Shown one piece after another: positions 1 through 11,937 of a DNA stretch of 64,000 nucleotides. The DNA comes from Naegleria gruberi (lineage: Eukaryota). Under the pieces are notes generated by a model. That model searched no databases, was not told the origin of the DNA, and saw only the letters and a program-made list of their open reading frames with translations. The DNA lies in assembly GCA_000004985.1 (NCBI GenBank), contig GG738898.1, one strand, 5' to 3'. The translations under genes and the position numbers were made by a program. Every line of letters starts with the position of its first letter. Position 1 is the stretch's first letter.

Positions 1-386
1 ATCGACATTTTTTTAATTATTGGAAATACGAAAGTTGTTTGTGTCCAAAATTTCTGAGTGGTTAAACTACAAAGTGAACTATTTACTAGTTTTTCATTAA
101 CAAATTATTAAGGACTAATTTCGATTTTTCACAACGTTACATGTATTTGTCAACCTGTAACGATATTGAAAACAATATTCGAAAATACATACTGGATACA
201 TACCATATTTAGTATCTTTCCAACTTTACAAATAAGGTAATTATGATAGTCCATACGAGCGACAGTAACTTTTGTGCATTTTCTATACAATCGTGAGCAG
301 TAATCAAATATTTGTTTACATAACAACGACATTGTTTTTTCATTTTCGTTGTGTTTAGTCTTGGATAACAAAAGAAATAACAAGAA

Positions 387-848
387 ATGGAACAAGTTAA
401 AGTTTACAGAAGTGCAGTTATTAATGCGAGTGTGGAGACTGTGTGGCAAGTTGTGAAGAATTTCAACGAGCTTCCAAAGTGGACGGGTGTTGTTTCGGAT
501 AGTGTATTGGAAGGTGGAATGCAAGATAATTCAATTGGATGTGTGAGAGTTGTTTCTCTGTTGAATCCGAATCCTCAAGATGATAGACCAATTAGAGAAC
601 AATTAATTGCCTATGATTCAAGAAATCACTCCTTCACATACAAGATTTTAAGTGGACCTAAACCTTTCGAATATTTTAATGAATATTATGCAACAGTAAC
701 TTTAGTCAAAATTACAGATTCTAATCAGACATTCATTGAGTGGAAATCTGAATTTACCTGTCCACAAGGAAACCAAGAACAATTCGAGAAATTTGCAGGT
801 GCAGTTTACATGAAGGGAATTAAATCTCTTCAACAACAATTTCCTTAA
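387..848 (+). CDS. Bet v1/SRPBCC-fold (polyketide-cyclase/START-like) small protein, 153 aa
   Basis: Intact single-exon ORF with ATG at 387 and TAA at 846-848. Size and pattern (…WTGVV…, conserved aromatic and Gly spacing) fit the Bet v1-like lipid/ligand-binding fold. Assigned by pattern recognition only. Confidence 0.5.
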   Translation: MEQVKVYRSAVINASVETVWQVVKNFNELPKWTGVVSDSVLEGGMQDNSIGCVRVVSLLNPNPQDDRPIREQLIAYDSRNHSFTYKILSGPKPFEYFNEYYATVTLVKITDSNQTFIEWKSEFTCPQGNQEQFEKFAGAVYMKGIKSLQQQFP

Positions 849-932
849 ATTGTTACAATAAATTTCAACATTTGAAAAGAAATCTTCAAAATTGGATGAA
901 AGTATTATTATTTACAATTATTCCAAGTACTT

Positions 933-1790
933 TTACTTGCCAAGGACCTTATTCAACACTTCAAGTGTATGTTTCCACACAATTTCTCTATAGTTTTCGG
1001 TATGATTTTTCGTTACACCCTTTGGCTCACCATACTGATCCAATAAGTAGAAACCCTTCCTAATCTTTTCTTCACTCAATGCAGCATTGAAAGTGTACTC
1101 TGCATACTGTTCAGGAGATCTAGCAAGCATAGTTCCAACATTCCATGCCCATCTCAAAGGAGCCCACAATTCACGTCCCCATTGAGTTGCAATGAATCCA
1201 GGATATTGATGCATGAATGCAATATTCTCATTTCCTTCGTCCCTTGATAGAGAATCCATTGCCAAATCATTGTAAAATCCAGAGGCATCTGCTGCATTTT
1301 TCAATGTATAATTCTGTTTTAAATCCAAATCATCCATATGAGTGTAGGAGTGAATTCCAGCTGACAGGACACTCAGAACTTTGACATTTGAATTTTTGGA
1401 TGTAGATCTCAATAAATCCTGTAATTGTCTAATGAACAACATTCTTCCATAATAATGGAGTGCAAGTTTAAATTCAAGACCTTCCTTAGTTTCTGTTCTT
1501 GCTCCCATATTTGCAATTCCTTGAGTGAGCACACAATAATCCAAACGATCATGATTTTTCTTGTACTCCTCACAAACTCTCTCAATGTCCTTCATAAGTG
1601 TTGCATCTACACTAATCATCTCAAATTTACCTTGGGGATTTAACTTTTGCATTTCCTCAATAATTTCCTTCCCTGCCTGCTCACTTCTTCCCATGATGGA
1701 AACATTGATCTTTTGTGAGGCCAATTTAATAGCGAGAGCTCTTCCGATACCAGAGGTTCCTCCCACACAGAGTGCTTGTTTAGTGGCCAT
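933..1790 (-). CDS. Short-chain dehydrogenase/reductase (SDR) family oxidoreductase, 285 aa
   Basis: N-terminal Rossmann dinucleotide motif VGGTSGIGRALA (TGxxxGxG). Single exon, ends in TAA. Confidence 0.65.
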   Translation of the reverse strand: MATKQALCVGGTSGIGRALAIKLASQKINVSIMGRSEQAGKEIIEEMQKLNPQGKFEMISVDATLMKDIERVCEEYKKNHDRLDYCVLTQGIANMGARTETKEGLEFKLALHYYGRMLFIRQLQDLLRSTSKNSNVKVLSVLSAGIHSYTHMDDLDLKQNYTLKNAADASGFYNDLAMDSLSRDEGNENIAFMHQYPGFIATQWGRELWAPLRWAWNVGTMLARSPEQYAEYTFNAALSEEKIRKGFYLLDQYGEPKGVTKNHTENYREIVWKHTLEVLNKVLGK

Positions 1791-2125
1791 TGTGTTTTCT
1801 TGTTGAATGTTGTCTCGTTTTTTTGTATTATAAAGTATGTGTGCTGAGATAATTTACATTTTGAAACACTACAAATTAATGCGTGCGCGCAAGATTAGGC
1901 AAAAGCAAGGAAAGAAAATGCGTACGAGCATAATCAAATCAATTTGATGGTATTATCAAATATTGAGAAGTATTTCCTCACTTCAGCTATTGTTCAATAT
2001 AGAATTCTATATTTCTTTTTTACAACATTCAAAATCTTTTTCTCCACAGAATACAATACATTACTTATTTCCACACCAACAGTTTCTCCTTCAATTAGTT
2101 TTTGTTCTGATAATCTCAATTAAAC

Positions 2126-3022
2126 CTACTTGTCCAATTGATTAAAATAGTCATCAATCCGTTCATAGGAATTCTCAATGCACCTTGAATAGGCATCATT
2201 ATCCAACAAGCACTTGTCAAACTCTGAATTGAGATTCTTTTCAAAGCAGGTTTGAATTTGTTTGGCACACATTAAACTTCCAATACATGCTTCACACATT
2301 TTACGATTTACAATTCTGTCACTTTCTAGCCATACTTCCCTATCCAATTCTGGTAAGCAATCTCTTTCCACTTGTTTTATCAATTCAGTTCCGTAATCTT
2401 GTTTTCCATTTAGAGCTAGTTGAGATGAATCATAGAAATATTTGAAAGCAATTTTAGGTGGTGACAAGTAAATCTTCTTTGCATTATTAAATAATTGAGA
2501 TACACACTTAGAATTATGCAGTGTCATGTACGAATTGACCAAACTCCTCATTTCCAACGAACGTACTTCCTCTGCATATTCATCATTAAATGGTTTATCA
2601 TCATTTCCTTTGTTTAACTTCATCAAATTAACAAACTTTTCCCAAGTTTCACCTTCAAGACAATCCCAATTTGCCACTTCTTTCCCCACACTCTCAAATT
2701 CCTTCGGAGATAAATCCAATATTTTCTCTCTATTACTCCACGATTTAAAAGCAATTCCAAATTCACTATTCATTGAATGAACAACACATGATTTTAGCAA
2801 AAAGTATAAAATCTCCAACTTGGCTCCATTATTATTTGTATTATTAATTGTATTATTTAATTCTGATGATGATGCTTGTGAAGAATTTAATTGTGAAAGT
2901 TTGTTAAAAAGAGGATTGCATGGGCTGCTTGTGTTTTGCTCGCCATGATTAGTGGATGATAATGCGAATAGCATTTTAAATGTGATACGAGCATCAGTGT
3001 GTGCTTGATTATTTGTTGACAT
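2126..3022 (-). CDS. Hypothetical protein with Cys-rich C-terminal region
   Basis: Long minus-strand ORF. First ATG (MSTNNQAH…) is near 3022; the track start at 3031 is upstream of it. No family recognised. N-terminal low-complexity Asn/Ser stretch. Confidence 0.4.
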   Translation of the reverse strand: MSTNNQAHTDARITFKMLFALSSTNHGEQNTSSPCNPLFNKLSQLNSSQASSSELNNTINNTNNNGAKLEILYFLLKSCVVHSMNSEFGIAFKSWSNREKILDLSPKEFESVGKEVANWDCLEGETWEKFVNLMKLNKGNDDKPFNDEYAEEVRSLEMRSLVNSYMTLHNSKCVSQLFNNAKKIYLSPPKIAFKYFYDSSQLALNGKQDYGTELIKQVERDCLPELDREVWLESDRIVNRKMCEACIGSLMCAKQIQTCFEKNLNSEFDKCLLDNDAYSRCIENSYERIDDYFNQLDK

Positions 3023-3441
3023 TTTTTTCAATATTTATTGTAAAGATTGAATTACATTTATTGTAATCTTTTATTCTTATGGATTCTGTAACAGTTTGTG
3101 AGCGTCATTAAGAATTAGAAATATTGGTGTGATAATTTTTGAAAACAATCAACACAGTATGGTAAAAACTCAGTTGGAGTGTTTGGAACCAAAAATGATT
3201 AACAATTCACCTATTCCATTATGAAACAAAATTGAAACGTTTCATTTTAGTCAACTATCCATTTTCACTCAACGAATTTCCCAATCCAACATAAAATCCA
3301 CAACAGTTGTTCCTTTTTTGTTAATTTTACATTTATAAACAAACTTTAGTACACAAAACACAATCTTTCAAACATATAAATACCCAACAAACTTCATCCT
3401 CATTCAAATTCAATTCACACATAAAAAACAACTCAAAAACA

Positions 3442-3876
3442 ATGAACAAATTCATCGCTGCTCTGGTAGCAACTCTACTCTTGGCTTCTTGCTTGGTCAA
3501 CTGTCAATACAGCAACAATTATGGTACTAATTATGGTACATCAGGGGGTTCAGGTTCTAACTATGGAGTCACTGGAGGAAATTACAATCAATATGGACAA
3601 AATACTCAATCCTATTTGAATCAAGTGAATGCAGTCAATTCAAATCCATACTCAAGTTATGGATCTTCATATACAGGACCAAGTAGTTATGGAACTAATT
3701 ATGGAAGTGCCTATTCAATGCCATTCTATGGTGGATACGGAGGAGGATATGGAATTCCATGTTATGGTGGATATGGTGGAGGTGTTCCATTCTACGGTGG
3801 ATACGGTGGTTATGGATATGGTGGTTATGGTGGATATGGTGGTGTGGGTTGTGTTGGAGGTGTTAGATGGTGTTAA
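3442..3876 (+). CDS. Secreted Gly/Tyr-rich low-complexity protein (signal peptide plus GYGG repeats, C-terminal Cys)
   Basis: N-terminal hydrophobic signal peptide MNKFIAALVATLLLASCLVNC. Then NYG/SYG repeats, then (GGYGGYG)n repeats with three Cys near the C-terminus. Ends in TAA. Nucleotide repeats of ggtggatatggtgga are visible. Confidence 0.55.
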   Translation: MNKFIAALVATLLLASCLVNCQYSNNYGTNYGTSGGSGSNYGVTGGNYNQYGQNTQSYLNQVNAVNSNPYSSYGSSYTGPSSYGTNYGSAYSMPFYGGYGGGYGIPCYGGYGGGVPFYGGYGGYGYGGYGGYGGVGCVGGVRWC

Positions 3877-4058
3877 GATCCAAAGAGTGGATGTTTTTCA
3901 TTCACATCCTTAATTTAGTGTTAATATTTAGTGTTTTAATATTTCTAGAGTGAATAAAAATTGATTAAATTTGTTTAAAATATTGTAGAGCTATCTTATT
4001 CGCGTTTGTTTAGGTTACGTTGTAATGAAAAGTTGTCAAATGTCCAAGATCAAAAAAA

Positions 4059-4790
4059 ATGCCATTATTTAAAAGTATTTGTGGAGCTGGTGATGCTGTC
4101 GATGATTTGAAAATGGTGAGAGAACCACCACTTCTGATCAGAGAGTTGTTGATTCATATTGGAAAATTCATGCTGGTCCGAGATTTATTCCACTTTTCAT
4201 GTTGCAATTCCTATTTATTAGAATTGTTTTTTGATCCGAAAGATTATAAGAAACTGTCGAAAGAAAAAAGAAGATTGATAAAGAAAAATCAACTAAATTA
4301 CAAATCAGAACTATTAATTCAAGAATATTCAAAGGAAGAACGAAATGATTTTTCACAAATTCAGTTGGAAATTTGGAAACGTTTAGTTTGTTTCTATTTT
4401 CCATCATTTGATTCGAATTTGAATGTTAAAAATTGGCTGCATGTGATGAGAAGGCGAGTAGAGCACATTACATTGTACAAACCAAGTGCTCTTCCGCTCA
4501 ACCCTGAAGTATCATGCACAGTAGATTTCTCAGTATTTAACAAATTTTTAGAACAAGGACATTTGGATAATTACATGTTGAATGATTCAACTTTTGTGGC
4601 AAATTGTGAATGGATCTATAAGTGCCCTCTGAATTTTTCTCAATTAATGTACTCTGACAGTTTTTTCTGTAAGGAATGTAATAAGAAGGTCTATAGAGTG
4701 AGCTCAGTTGAGGAGTTGAAGGAAAAGAGTGCTTTGGGACAGTGTATTGCATTTGGGGTAGAAGAGCAATTTTATGGAGGATTGATGTAA
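4059..4790 (+). CDS. Hypothetical protein with possible N-terminal F-box-like motif
   Basis: ATG at 4059, TAA stop, 243 aa. The N-terminal PPLLIRELLIHIGKFM resembles an F-box LPxEIxxxI core. Weak assignment. Confidence 0.35.
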   Translation: MPLFKSICGAGDAVDDLKMVREPPLLIRELLIHIGKFMLVRDLFHFSCCNSYLLELFFDPKDYKKLSKEKRRLIKKNQLNYKSELLIQEYSKEERNDFSQIQLEIWKRLVCFYFPSFDSNLNVKNWLHVMRRRVEHITLYKPSALPLNPEVSCTVDFSVFNKFLEQGHLDNYMLNDSTFVANCEWIYKCPLNFSQLMYSDSFFCKECNKKVYRVSSVEELKEKSALGQCIAFGVEEQFYGGLM

Positions 4791-4919
4791 TATTTCCAAC
4801 TTGTCCTTAGTGTAAAGTGGTCATTTAAATGGAAAAATAAAATATCATAAATTAAAATGGATTGGGTACCAGTAATTACAACAACCAGTGAGAATGAATA
4901 CCATGATTTAAAAGGAAAC

Positions 4920-4991
4920 GGGGACCAGTGGGAATCGAACCCACGGCCTCTCGCACCCAAAGCGAGAATCATACCACTAGACCATGGTCCC
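4920..4991 (-). tRNA. tRNA-Pro(UGG): tRNA-Pro (anticodon UGG), no intron
   Basis: Reverse complement is GGGACCATGGTCTAGTGGTATGATTCTCGCTTTGGGTGCGAGAGGCCGTGGGTTCGATTCCCACTGGTCCC plus discriminator C. It has a 7-bp acceptor stem and D, anticodon and T arms. The anticodon loop is TT-TGG-GT. It is very close to canonical eukaryotic cytosolic tRNA-Pro. Confidence 0.85.
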
Positions 4992-5117
4992 TAACATTAA
5001 ATGTCCATTTTATTTAAAATTCCAGCCTGTAACCGCCAAGTAGTTGAATAAGGTTTTGGACTAGGTCATTATTATCCACGTTTTAAGATATTTGCTTTTT
5101 AAATATTGTAACTACGG

Positions 5118-7305
5118 TTAATAATCAAAGCTCTCAATTAAAATATTCATGGCTGGAACTTTCAACTCTTTCAATATTTCTATCAAACTTTCATTGAATG
5201 GAGTCGGTCCACAAACGTAAACAACCCTTTCCTCAACATCTTTCACCAATTCACTCAACAATTTCATGTCCAATCTTTGGCACTTCACATCTTCCATTGA
5301 AACATCTTGCATTCTTGTAACACAATAATTCAATTGATTGATAATTCCCTTTTCCTTGTACTGATCCAACTCTGACTTGAATGGAATGTCATTTACAAAC
5401 TTTTCACTATGAATCCATTGAATATGAGGTGCATCTTTGATATCGAGAATGGAGTCTTGAATACTGTGAAAAGTTCCACGAATCATGGACATGAATGGAG
5501 TGATTCCGATTCCGCCACTCAGGAAGAGAACTTTCCATTGTAGATTGGAAGAAGTTTCTTGAGATTTCTTTAAGGCGACATGATAGGAAGTTTGAAGTGT
5601 AAAGTTTCCTTCAATTCCCATTAGAAATAGCTTTGTTTCACCTATTTTTGCATCTTGATGAAGCCATGAACTAGTTTTACCCAAACTAATCTTCTTGACC
5701 GATATTTCAAAGTTATTCGTTTCATTGGAAGGTCCACTTTCAATATTCCCATCTTTGGAAGGAGGAATAAGATACATGGCAGACGAAACTGTCCAACTTC
5801 TCATATAAGGATGATCTAAAGAGAGTGTAAATGTAGCATATTGTCCAGGAAGATAGGTAATATTTCTATGACCTTCCAAAATCTCAAATCCAAATGAGGA
5901 AATTTCATCAGTTATTTTTTTCACACTCACCAACTTGGCATGAACAATTTCTCCCAAATGTTTCTCCTTCATTAGTGGGGCTACATTGAAAACTTCCTTC
6001 CTGGATGGATTTAAACTTTCCAAATCATTGGAATCATTCAAGAGTGGATTGTGTGAAGACATGGATATGAAATCCCATTTGAAAGGACATTGATGATTAG
6101 AAACTTTCCACTTTTCAACCTTGAAAACAACTGTACGATCACTACCATCGAATCCGCTTCCTGGTTCTTCCCTCCATGTTACTTGAATATTGCCAGTCAA
6201 TTGGAGAATATGTCCATGATCAAAGTCAATAAAGAGTAAACCAGCAGAGGAGCAATTCTCTGTGTTTCCTAATGTTTGAAACATACCCTTTCCAACATAA
6301 TCACCCCATACTAGAGTGTCTCTGTCAATGATTCTGATAAAGCCAGGTCTTCCTCCTCGATGAGAACCTTAAATAGTTTGAATTGGTAAAGATTCGAATA
6401 GATGAAATAAACTTACAATCAGCTCCTTTTTCTGGGTGTACAGTAGAAATCATCATCGTATCTGCTCCCAGTATGAACTTGATAACATTTTCTGGCATTC
6501 CACCAGTTGAGAAATTATTATAATCTCTAGTTGACTTGCTCCATTCCTCAAATCCAATAATCGATTGAACAGCCCTCTGTTGAATATACTTTGGACAAGT
6601 AGAAAACGCTTCCCTAACCCTAATAGAAAACCCATCTCCACTCAATGGCTCTATAATCTCACCATTCGTTCTGTATCTCTTCCTCGAACATAAATCAAGG
6701 AAATTAATACTCACCAATGAGCCAAGTTGTGAACAAGTTTTCCACATTGGATCATTTTCATTGGGAGATTTGAGAATTTTGATGATTGTACCGTCCTTAC
6801 TAATCTTAATAAGTTGATTGAAATGGGACAAGTCGACCCGTTCGTGATGTTTCGAATTGAGATCTTGAGCACTTGAAACATTGCATGGATCATATAAGGA
6901 ACAGATTAATCGAGAGGTTTGTAATTCTTCTACGGAGGTGGAAACTTGAGCATTTAAGGGAATCCATGGAGAGTCCTTCTCTTGCTCATAGGAAGTCAAC
7001 TCATCTGATTCCAAAGTTGACTGTTTCGAATACATTTCATGTTGTTTAGGAGTTGCCCAAATCGATGAGCACCAACACTCATTAGTTTCCTTATCAAACG
7101 AAGCCACAAACACAACAAATCGTTCCATTAGAAATGAATGAAATTCCTCTGGGACATGATTCGTAATTTTTCTGCTACCCAAATGATTGGCAAACTCGAG
7201 AGTGTGAGCTTTTCTTTGGAAATCCAATTCTCCTTCGTGAAAAACTGATTTTTCTAAAGGTTTCGGTTGAGAAGTGGGTTGGTTAGATGTTGGTTGAGTG
7301 GACAT
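5118..7305 (-). CDS. Two-exon oxidoreductase: N-terminal pyridoxamine-5'-phosphate-oxidase-like FMN-binding split-barrel fused to a ferredoxin-NADP reductase-like FAD/NAD(P)-binding domain
   Basis: Exon 1 about 7305..6417, exon 2 about 6367..5118. A 49-nt intron (GTAAGT…TTAAG, about 6368..6416) joins track ORFs 6325..7305 and 5118..6284 in frame. The spliced junction reads …HPEKGAD|CSHRGGRPGFIRIIDRDTLVWGDYVGKGMFQTLGNTEN…. The C-terminal domain has the FNR NAD-binding motif LFLSGGIGITPFMSMI. Ends in TAA. Confidence 0.6.
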
Positions 7306-7620
7306 TTTTTTTACTTCATGATTTCGAATAGAAATTAAAAAGGATTATTTTAAAAATTGTAAATAGCCATGTTTGGTGAGTAGCTAAAATGAAAAGATTT
7401 AAATTGATGATGAAAATCAACCAGTTGATTGTAATCTTCAATGAAATTCAATTTTATTAAAATACTTTACAATGCGAATTTTTTGTGGAAATTTGTTTTT
7501 CATTTCCAAAAAAATGTACAAAAGTAATCAGCAGCTCGTGGACTGGTTGTCGAATCAGCAGTATTTTCCTTCGTTACTCTTGCATAGTAAGTTTGATCAC
7601 ACTTTCGAATAATATTTAGC

Positions 7621-8291
7621 TTGAATTTATTAGAAATTCGGGAGAGTGGTTGTGATGAAGAAACAATATTAAACACAGATTCACAATTTTTACTTGGAAG
7701 AATGTTTGAAAGTGGATATCTAGTAGAAAAATCCATGAAGAAAGCAAACGAATGGTATTCTAAAGCATTACAATCATTTGTTAAACCTGAAAATGAAAAC
7801 CAACCTCACATTCAGTACTATTTAGGAAATATGTGTTACAAAGGAATCATCTTGAAACAATCATATGAAAGGGCATTTAAATGGTTTCAAAAAGCAGCAA
7901 ATGGAAATCATGGAAAATCAATTTACAATTTAGGATTAATGTACTATTTTGGATTGAGAAATCTTATGAAAATGCAGTTGAATATTTTGAAAAAGCTTGT
8001 AATTTTGGAATGTACACAATGTCAAAGTATTACTTGAGTCACATGTATCAGAAAGGTTTAGGTGTGCCAATTTCGAATGAGAAATCGTTACAATTACTTT
8101 ATGAATCAGCGAGTCATGGGTTTGTGCATTCACAACTTCGTTTAGGACCTCGTTATAAGAATGGAGAGGGCATTGAGCAATCTTTCGAATTCTTTCAAAA
8201 ATCTGCCAATCAAGACCATATACAAGCTCAAACCGAGTCGGGAATAATGTTTTATCATGGACAAGGCGTTTTGAGATTATTGAACCACTAA
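7621..8291 (+). CDS. Sel1-like (SLR/TPR-like) repeat protein, interrupted by a 1-nt frameshift near 7951-7957
   Basis: Repeated Sel1 pattern (…A.EWY.KA…YYLG.MY..G.G…). Track ORFs 7621..8037 and 7881..8291 are consecutive repeats in different frames. Restoring one g in ggattg(g)agaaa gives a continuous …YYFGLEKSYENAVEYFEKA…. This is either a sequencing indel or a pseudogene. Confidence 0.5.
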
Positions 8292-8343
8292 CTGAAGTAA
8301 CTAAACCCAATATGAAAAAATTCAATTTATTGTACAATAAACT

Positions 8344-9564
8344 TTACATCATTGATTCATTCAATTGTTTCATCAGTTCATCCAAATCTTGATTTTCAAC
8401 ATTTACCAATTCCTTCTCATCAACCTTCTTATTGTGATGTTCGTATTGATATTCGAGACCGTGTGATAAATCTTCATGACGATGAGCATGTGAGTGAATG
8501 TCAATATCTTCAACTTCATCAGCAACAATTTCAATACCCCATTCATTTTCTGTGTGAACAATCTTCTTTTCATCAGCTTGTTCCTTATCTTCTTCATCGA
8601 GATCCAAGTCGAGTAAACCTTCTTCCTTCAATTTGGCAATTTCAGTTTGTCTCTTGAGACACATTGGATTGGAACATTGAGGATTTGGACGAACCTTCAT
8701 GGTTGGGAAATAATCATTAATGGCACTATAACCCAAGTAATAGCTAATCTTACCAAATCTCAACAAGTATTTCAATACAGATTGAACCAATAAACCAGCA
8801 GTAATACCCATAGTTGTTGGTAAACTGGCAGCACAAACACCTTCACGTTTAACTTGCTTAACACCACTTGCAACAACCAATGGTGGAGCACATTCATAAC
8901 AAGCAGTGAGACCAGGAACCATGAATTGAATGTGACCACTGACAGCATCTTCACTGACTCCACTTTCCATCCATCTAATATTCAATTCATTACAAGCTCT
9001 ATTAATTGCAACTCTAGCTTCAAAATTATCAACACATGACAATACTAAATCAACCTTTCCATTTGTTAATAAATTTCCAGTATTAATTGTATTCATAAAA
9101 GTATCAAAATTGTCCAAAGAAGTAATATTATATGAACATGTTTCAAAAACAACATCAGGATTAATCTTTGAAAGAGTTTCCTTTGAAGCATCCACCTTTG
9201 TCATACCAACTTGATCCGGAGTGAAGAACAAACGATTCATATTAGCAAGAGAGACAATATCAAAATCGAACAAGATTAATTTACCAATACCACATCTTGT
9301 TAACATTTCGCAAACAACAGCACCAACACCTCCCAATCCAACAACAGCCACAGTAAATTCTCTGATTTTTTCATAATTCTTAACAATACCCATCGATGAG
9401 AGAGCCATCAATCTAGAGTATGGATTATCGTCCTTAACTTCGGAAGAAATGACAGAAATTTTCTCTCGGATCACTTTTTGTTGTTGATTTTGAAGTTGAT
9501 TCTTCAGAGAGGCTACTTCCTCTTCCAATTGTTTGATACGTTCTTCCGATTGTTGTTGACTCAT
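8344..9564 (-). CDS. uba5: UFM1-activating E1-like enzyme (UBA5), 406 aa
   Basis: ThiF/MoeB adenylation domain with [21 protein letters not shown] and catalytic Cys context [27 protein letters not shown]. The UBA5-specific C-terminus is present, including [10 protein letters not shown]. Single exon, ATG at 9564, TAA stop. Confidence 0.8.
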   Translation of the reverse strand: MSQQQSEERIKQLEEEVASLKNQLQNQQQKVIREKISVISSEVKDDNPYSRLMALSSMGIVKNYEKIREFTVAVVGLGGVGAVVCEMLTRCGIGKLILFDFDIVSLANMNRLFFTPDQVGMTKVDASKETLSKINPDVVFETCSYNITSLDNFDTFMNTINTGNLLTNGKVDLVLSCVDNFEARVAINRACNELNIRWMESGVSEDAVSGHIQFMVPGLTACYECAPPLVVASGVKQVKREGVCAASLPTTMGITAGLLVQSVLKYLLRFGKISYYLGYSAINDYFPTMKVRPNPQCSNPMCLKRQTEIAKLKEEGLLDLDLDEEDKEQADEKKIVHTENEWGIEIVADEVEDIDIHSHAHRHEDLSHGLEYQYEHHNKKVDEKELVNVENQDLDELMKQLNESMM

Positions 9565-9748
9565 TTTTTTAATATTATATTATTATTATTAGATTAAATA
9601 ATTTAATGACGTCATGTTTTTTTGAAAATTGAGAGCTCTGTTTTGTAATGTACAAAGAGGTGAATGTGTGTTGTTTTGAATGAAATGATTTCAAATTGGT
9701 AGTAGACCTATTTCACTCACTGGTGGAGGTTGGAGGTTCAGATGAGAT

Positions 9749-11937
9749 CTATCTATCTGGGAATTCAGGAGAGTAGGTGCCTGTGAAAAGATGAGAATTG
9801 TGGATGGTGTGATCGATAAGTTTTCCATTCTTGTCTACTTGAGAGAATGGACAAATGGTTTCTCCCCTCTCGTTTTCTAATGGTTTTGTTAGTTCCTTAT
9901 TATTGGTAGATGCTTCATTTCGTAGCCAGAATGCTCTGTCAAAAGCTTTCAGCAGCATGTGATCAGTTTGTTCCTGAATGTTTTGTTCAAAGTACATGAT
10001 TCCTCCTTCCTTTTCAATAACATAGACAAACTCGTCCAATAATTTGTGGGATGGGAAGGAAATGTCTTTCTGCTTGACAAGATCTTTCAGTTCCTTACTG
10101 GCATGTTTAGAATTTGTGATTAATTTTCGTTTCTTATCATCGACAAAATAGGTCATTTCACAAACACCGTTTTGTTTCAATCTATCAAGATACTTCTTGA
10201 CAGATCCTGAAACTCTATCAAAGAATCCTTCTGATAATCCCAATTTTGATAAAATATCCATTACAAAATGTTGACAATTTGCCTTTCTATTGTCATATGT
10301 CTTTGTACCATTCCATTCACAAACAACCTCGGATATAATTTTGAATGCATCTGTAATTTCTTTTTGATCTCTAAATGTATGAATATCTGCAACAAAAACA
10401 GCCTTACTACTACTCTTCTTTCTTACTGTGGCAATACTAGAGTCGCAAAACTCAATGTAAAATTCACCGACAATAAGCGCAGAGTGGTACATGCCAAATT
10501 GTTGATCCTTCAAGGCTCCAACAGTACTACCAAGTCTTCTGATAATTCTGTGAGCTGTGGAAGTACTCATTTCAGTAATAACCAGCTTTACCTTTAATCC
10601 CAATTTGGATGGATGGACTGGTCTGTCCACTCTATCTGGATTGAAATATTTATATCTGAATCTATCTGGAATGACACAATCTTGGGCTACAAGTTCGTGT
10701 AATTTTGGAGCTATTGGAGATCTTAAATTTTGAATTTTCTTCAAGCAATAGTTTCTTCTATCAATTTCTACTGGAGTCAGTTTCTTGTCAGGGAATGGTG
10801 CACATCTCTTTGGTTTTTTCTTTTTTCTCTTATCATCCTCTGGTACAGAAGTACTTGATGGAACTGATTTAAATTCTGTTGCTCTTGAAGCAAAGTACCC
10901 AGATGATTGAGGTTGATATTGTGGAATGTAAGATCCATAGCTAATCTTTGAATCATAATTCAGAGAAGTAGACAACTTGTCCAGATCTGTATAGAAACTT
11001 GTTGAAAGGGCTGGTTCTTCAGCAATCTCTGGAACATAAAAGCTTATTTTAGGTCCATTCATTTCCATAGCGGTACTCGAGCTAGATGGTGATGTGCTCA
11101 TGAGTGCTCTATAGTTAACATCTTCAATGTTATTCTGAATGGATTTATAATATTTGGCCTCTTCATCTTCTTCACCAACAGCGTATAAAAGATCCATGGT
11201 CAACTCCACATCATCTCTTGATGGTCTATCTTCCATGTTAATATTAAGTGATCCAGCACTGGTTGTGCTCTGAGAGTTTGACATATTTGGGGTAGATGGA
11301 TTTACAGAGGATGGAACTGAAGAAAGAAGGGAGCTTTGATTACTTTTTGTGTTATTATTACCATCAATATCAATGCTGATCGATGGTTTAGAAAAGTCTA
11401 TTACTGATGAAGAGTCACTTGGTGTTGATGAAACAGAGGACGACTCTAAAGTTTCCAATCGCTTGTTATTCGAAGGTGTCAGAATATATGGATTTTTAAC
11501 AGTATTGCCAACCTTTGGTATCTGTTTGATAGAGAGAACAGGTGGTGTCTCCCCTTTTAATTTATCAATTGGTGGTTCTCCGTGTTCCATAACATTATCA
11601 ATCCTGAGCTTATCCACAAATAACATAAAAACATTTGCTTGTCTTTCCTTGATTTTTAAATCATTAACACACTTTTCCAAAGTAAGTACATATAATTGTA
11701 TTCCTCCAAAATCTGATTTCTTTTCGACGGCTATTTATGATGATCAAATTGATTATTAATAAAATTGTTTTTTAGTTCATCATATTACTTACCCTTGATG
11801 ACATCGGTATGGATGCAAGAACTTCTCATCCATTGTAGAACCATCTTGTGATTCCATTCACAAATTGGATAGCTCTCCACCGAAGGACTTACACTAGAAC
11901 CTGAAGCCGTCGAATTCTTCTTTACGAAACTCAACAT
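9749..11937 (-). CDS. Two-exon protein with N-terminal SAM domain and C-terminal permuted papain-fold (LRAT / NlpC-P60 / PPPDE-like) domain
   Basis: Exon 1 about 11937..11793 (MLSFVKK…ICEWNHKMVLQWMRSSCIHTDVIK). 62-nt intron GTAAGT…ATAG at about 11731..11792. Exon 2 11730..9749. The SAM-like W…VLQWM…LT…L pattern spans the junction. The C-terminus has a His-box MYHSALIVGEFYIEF and NCQHFV, as in the H…C catalytic arrangement of LRAT/PPPDE. Ends in TAG. Confidence 0.5.
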
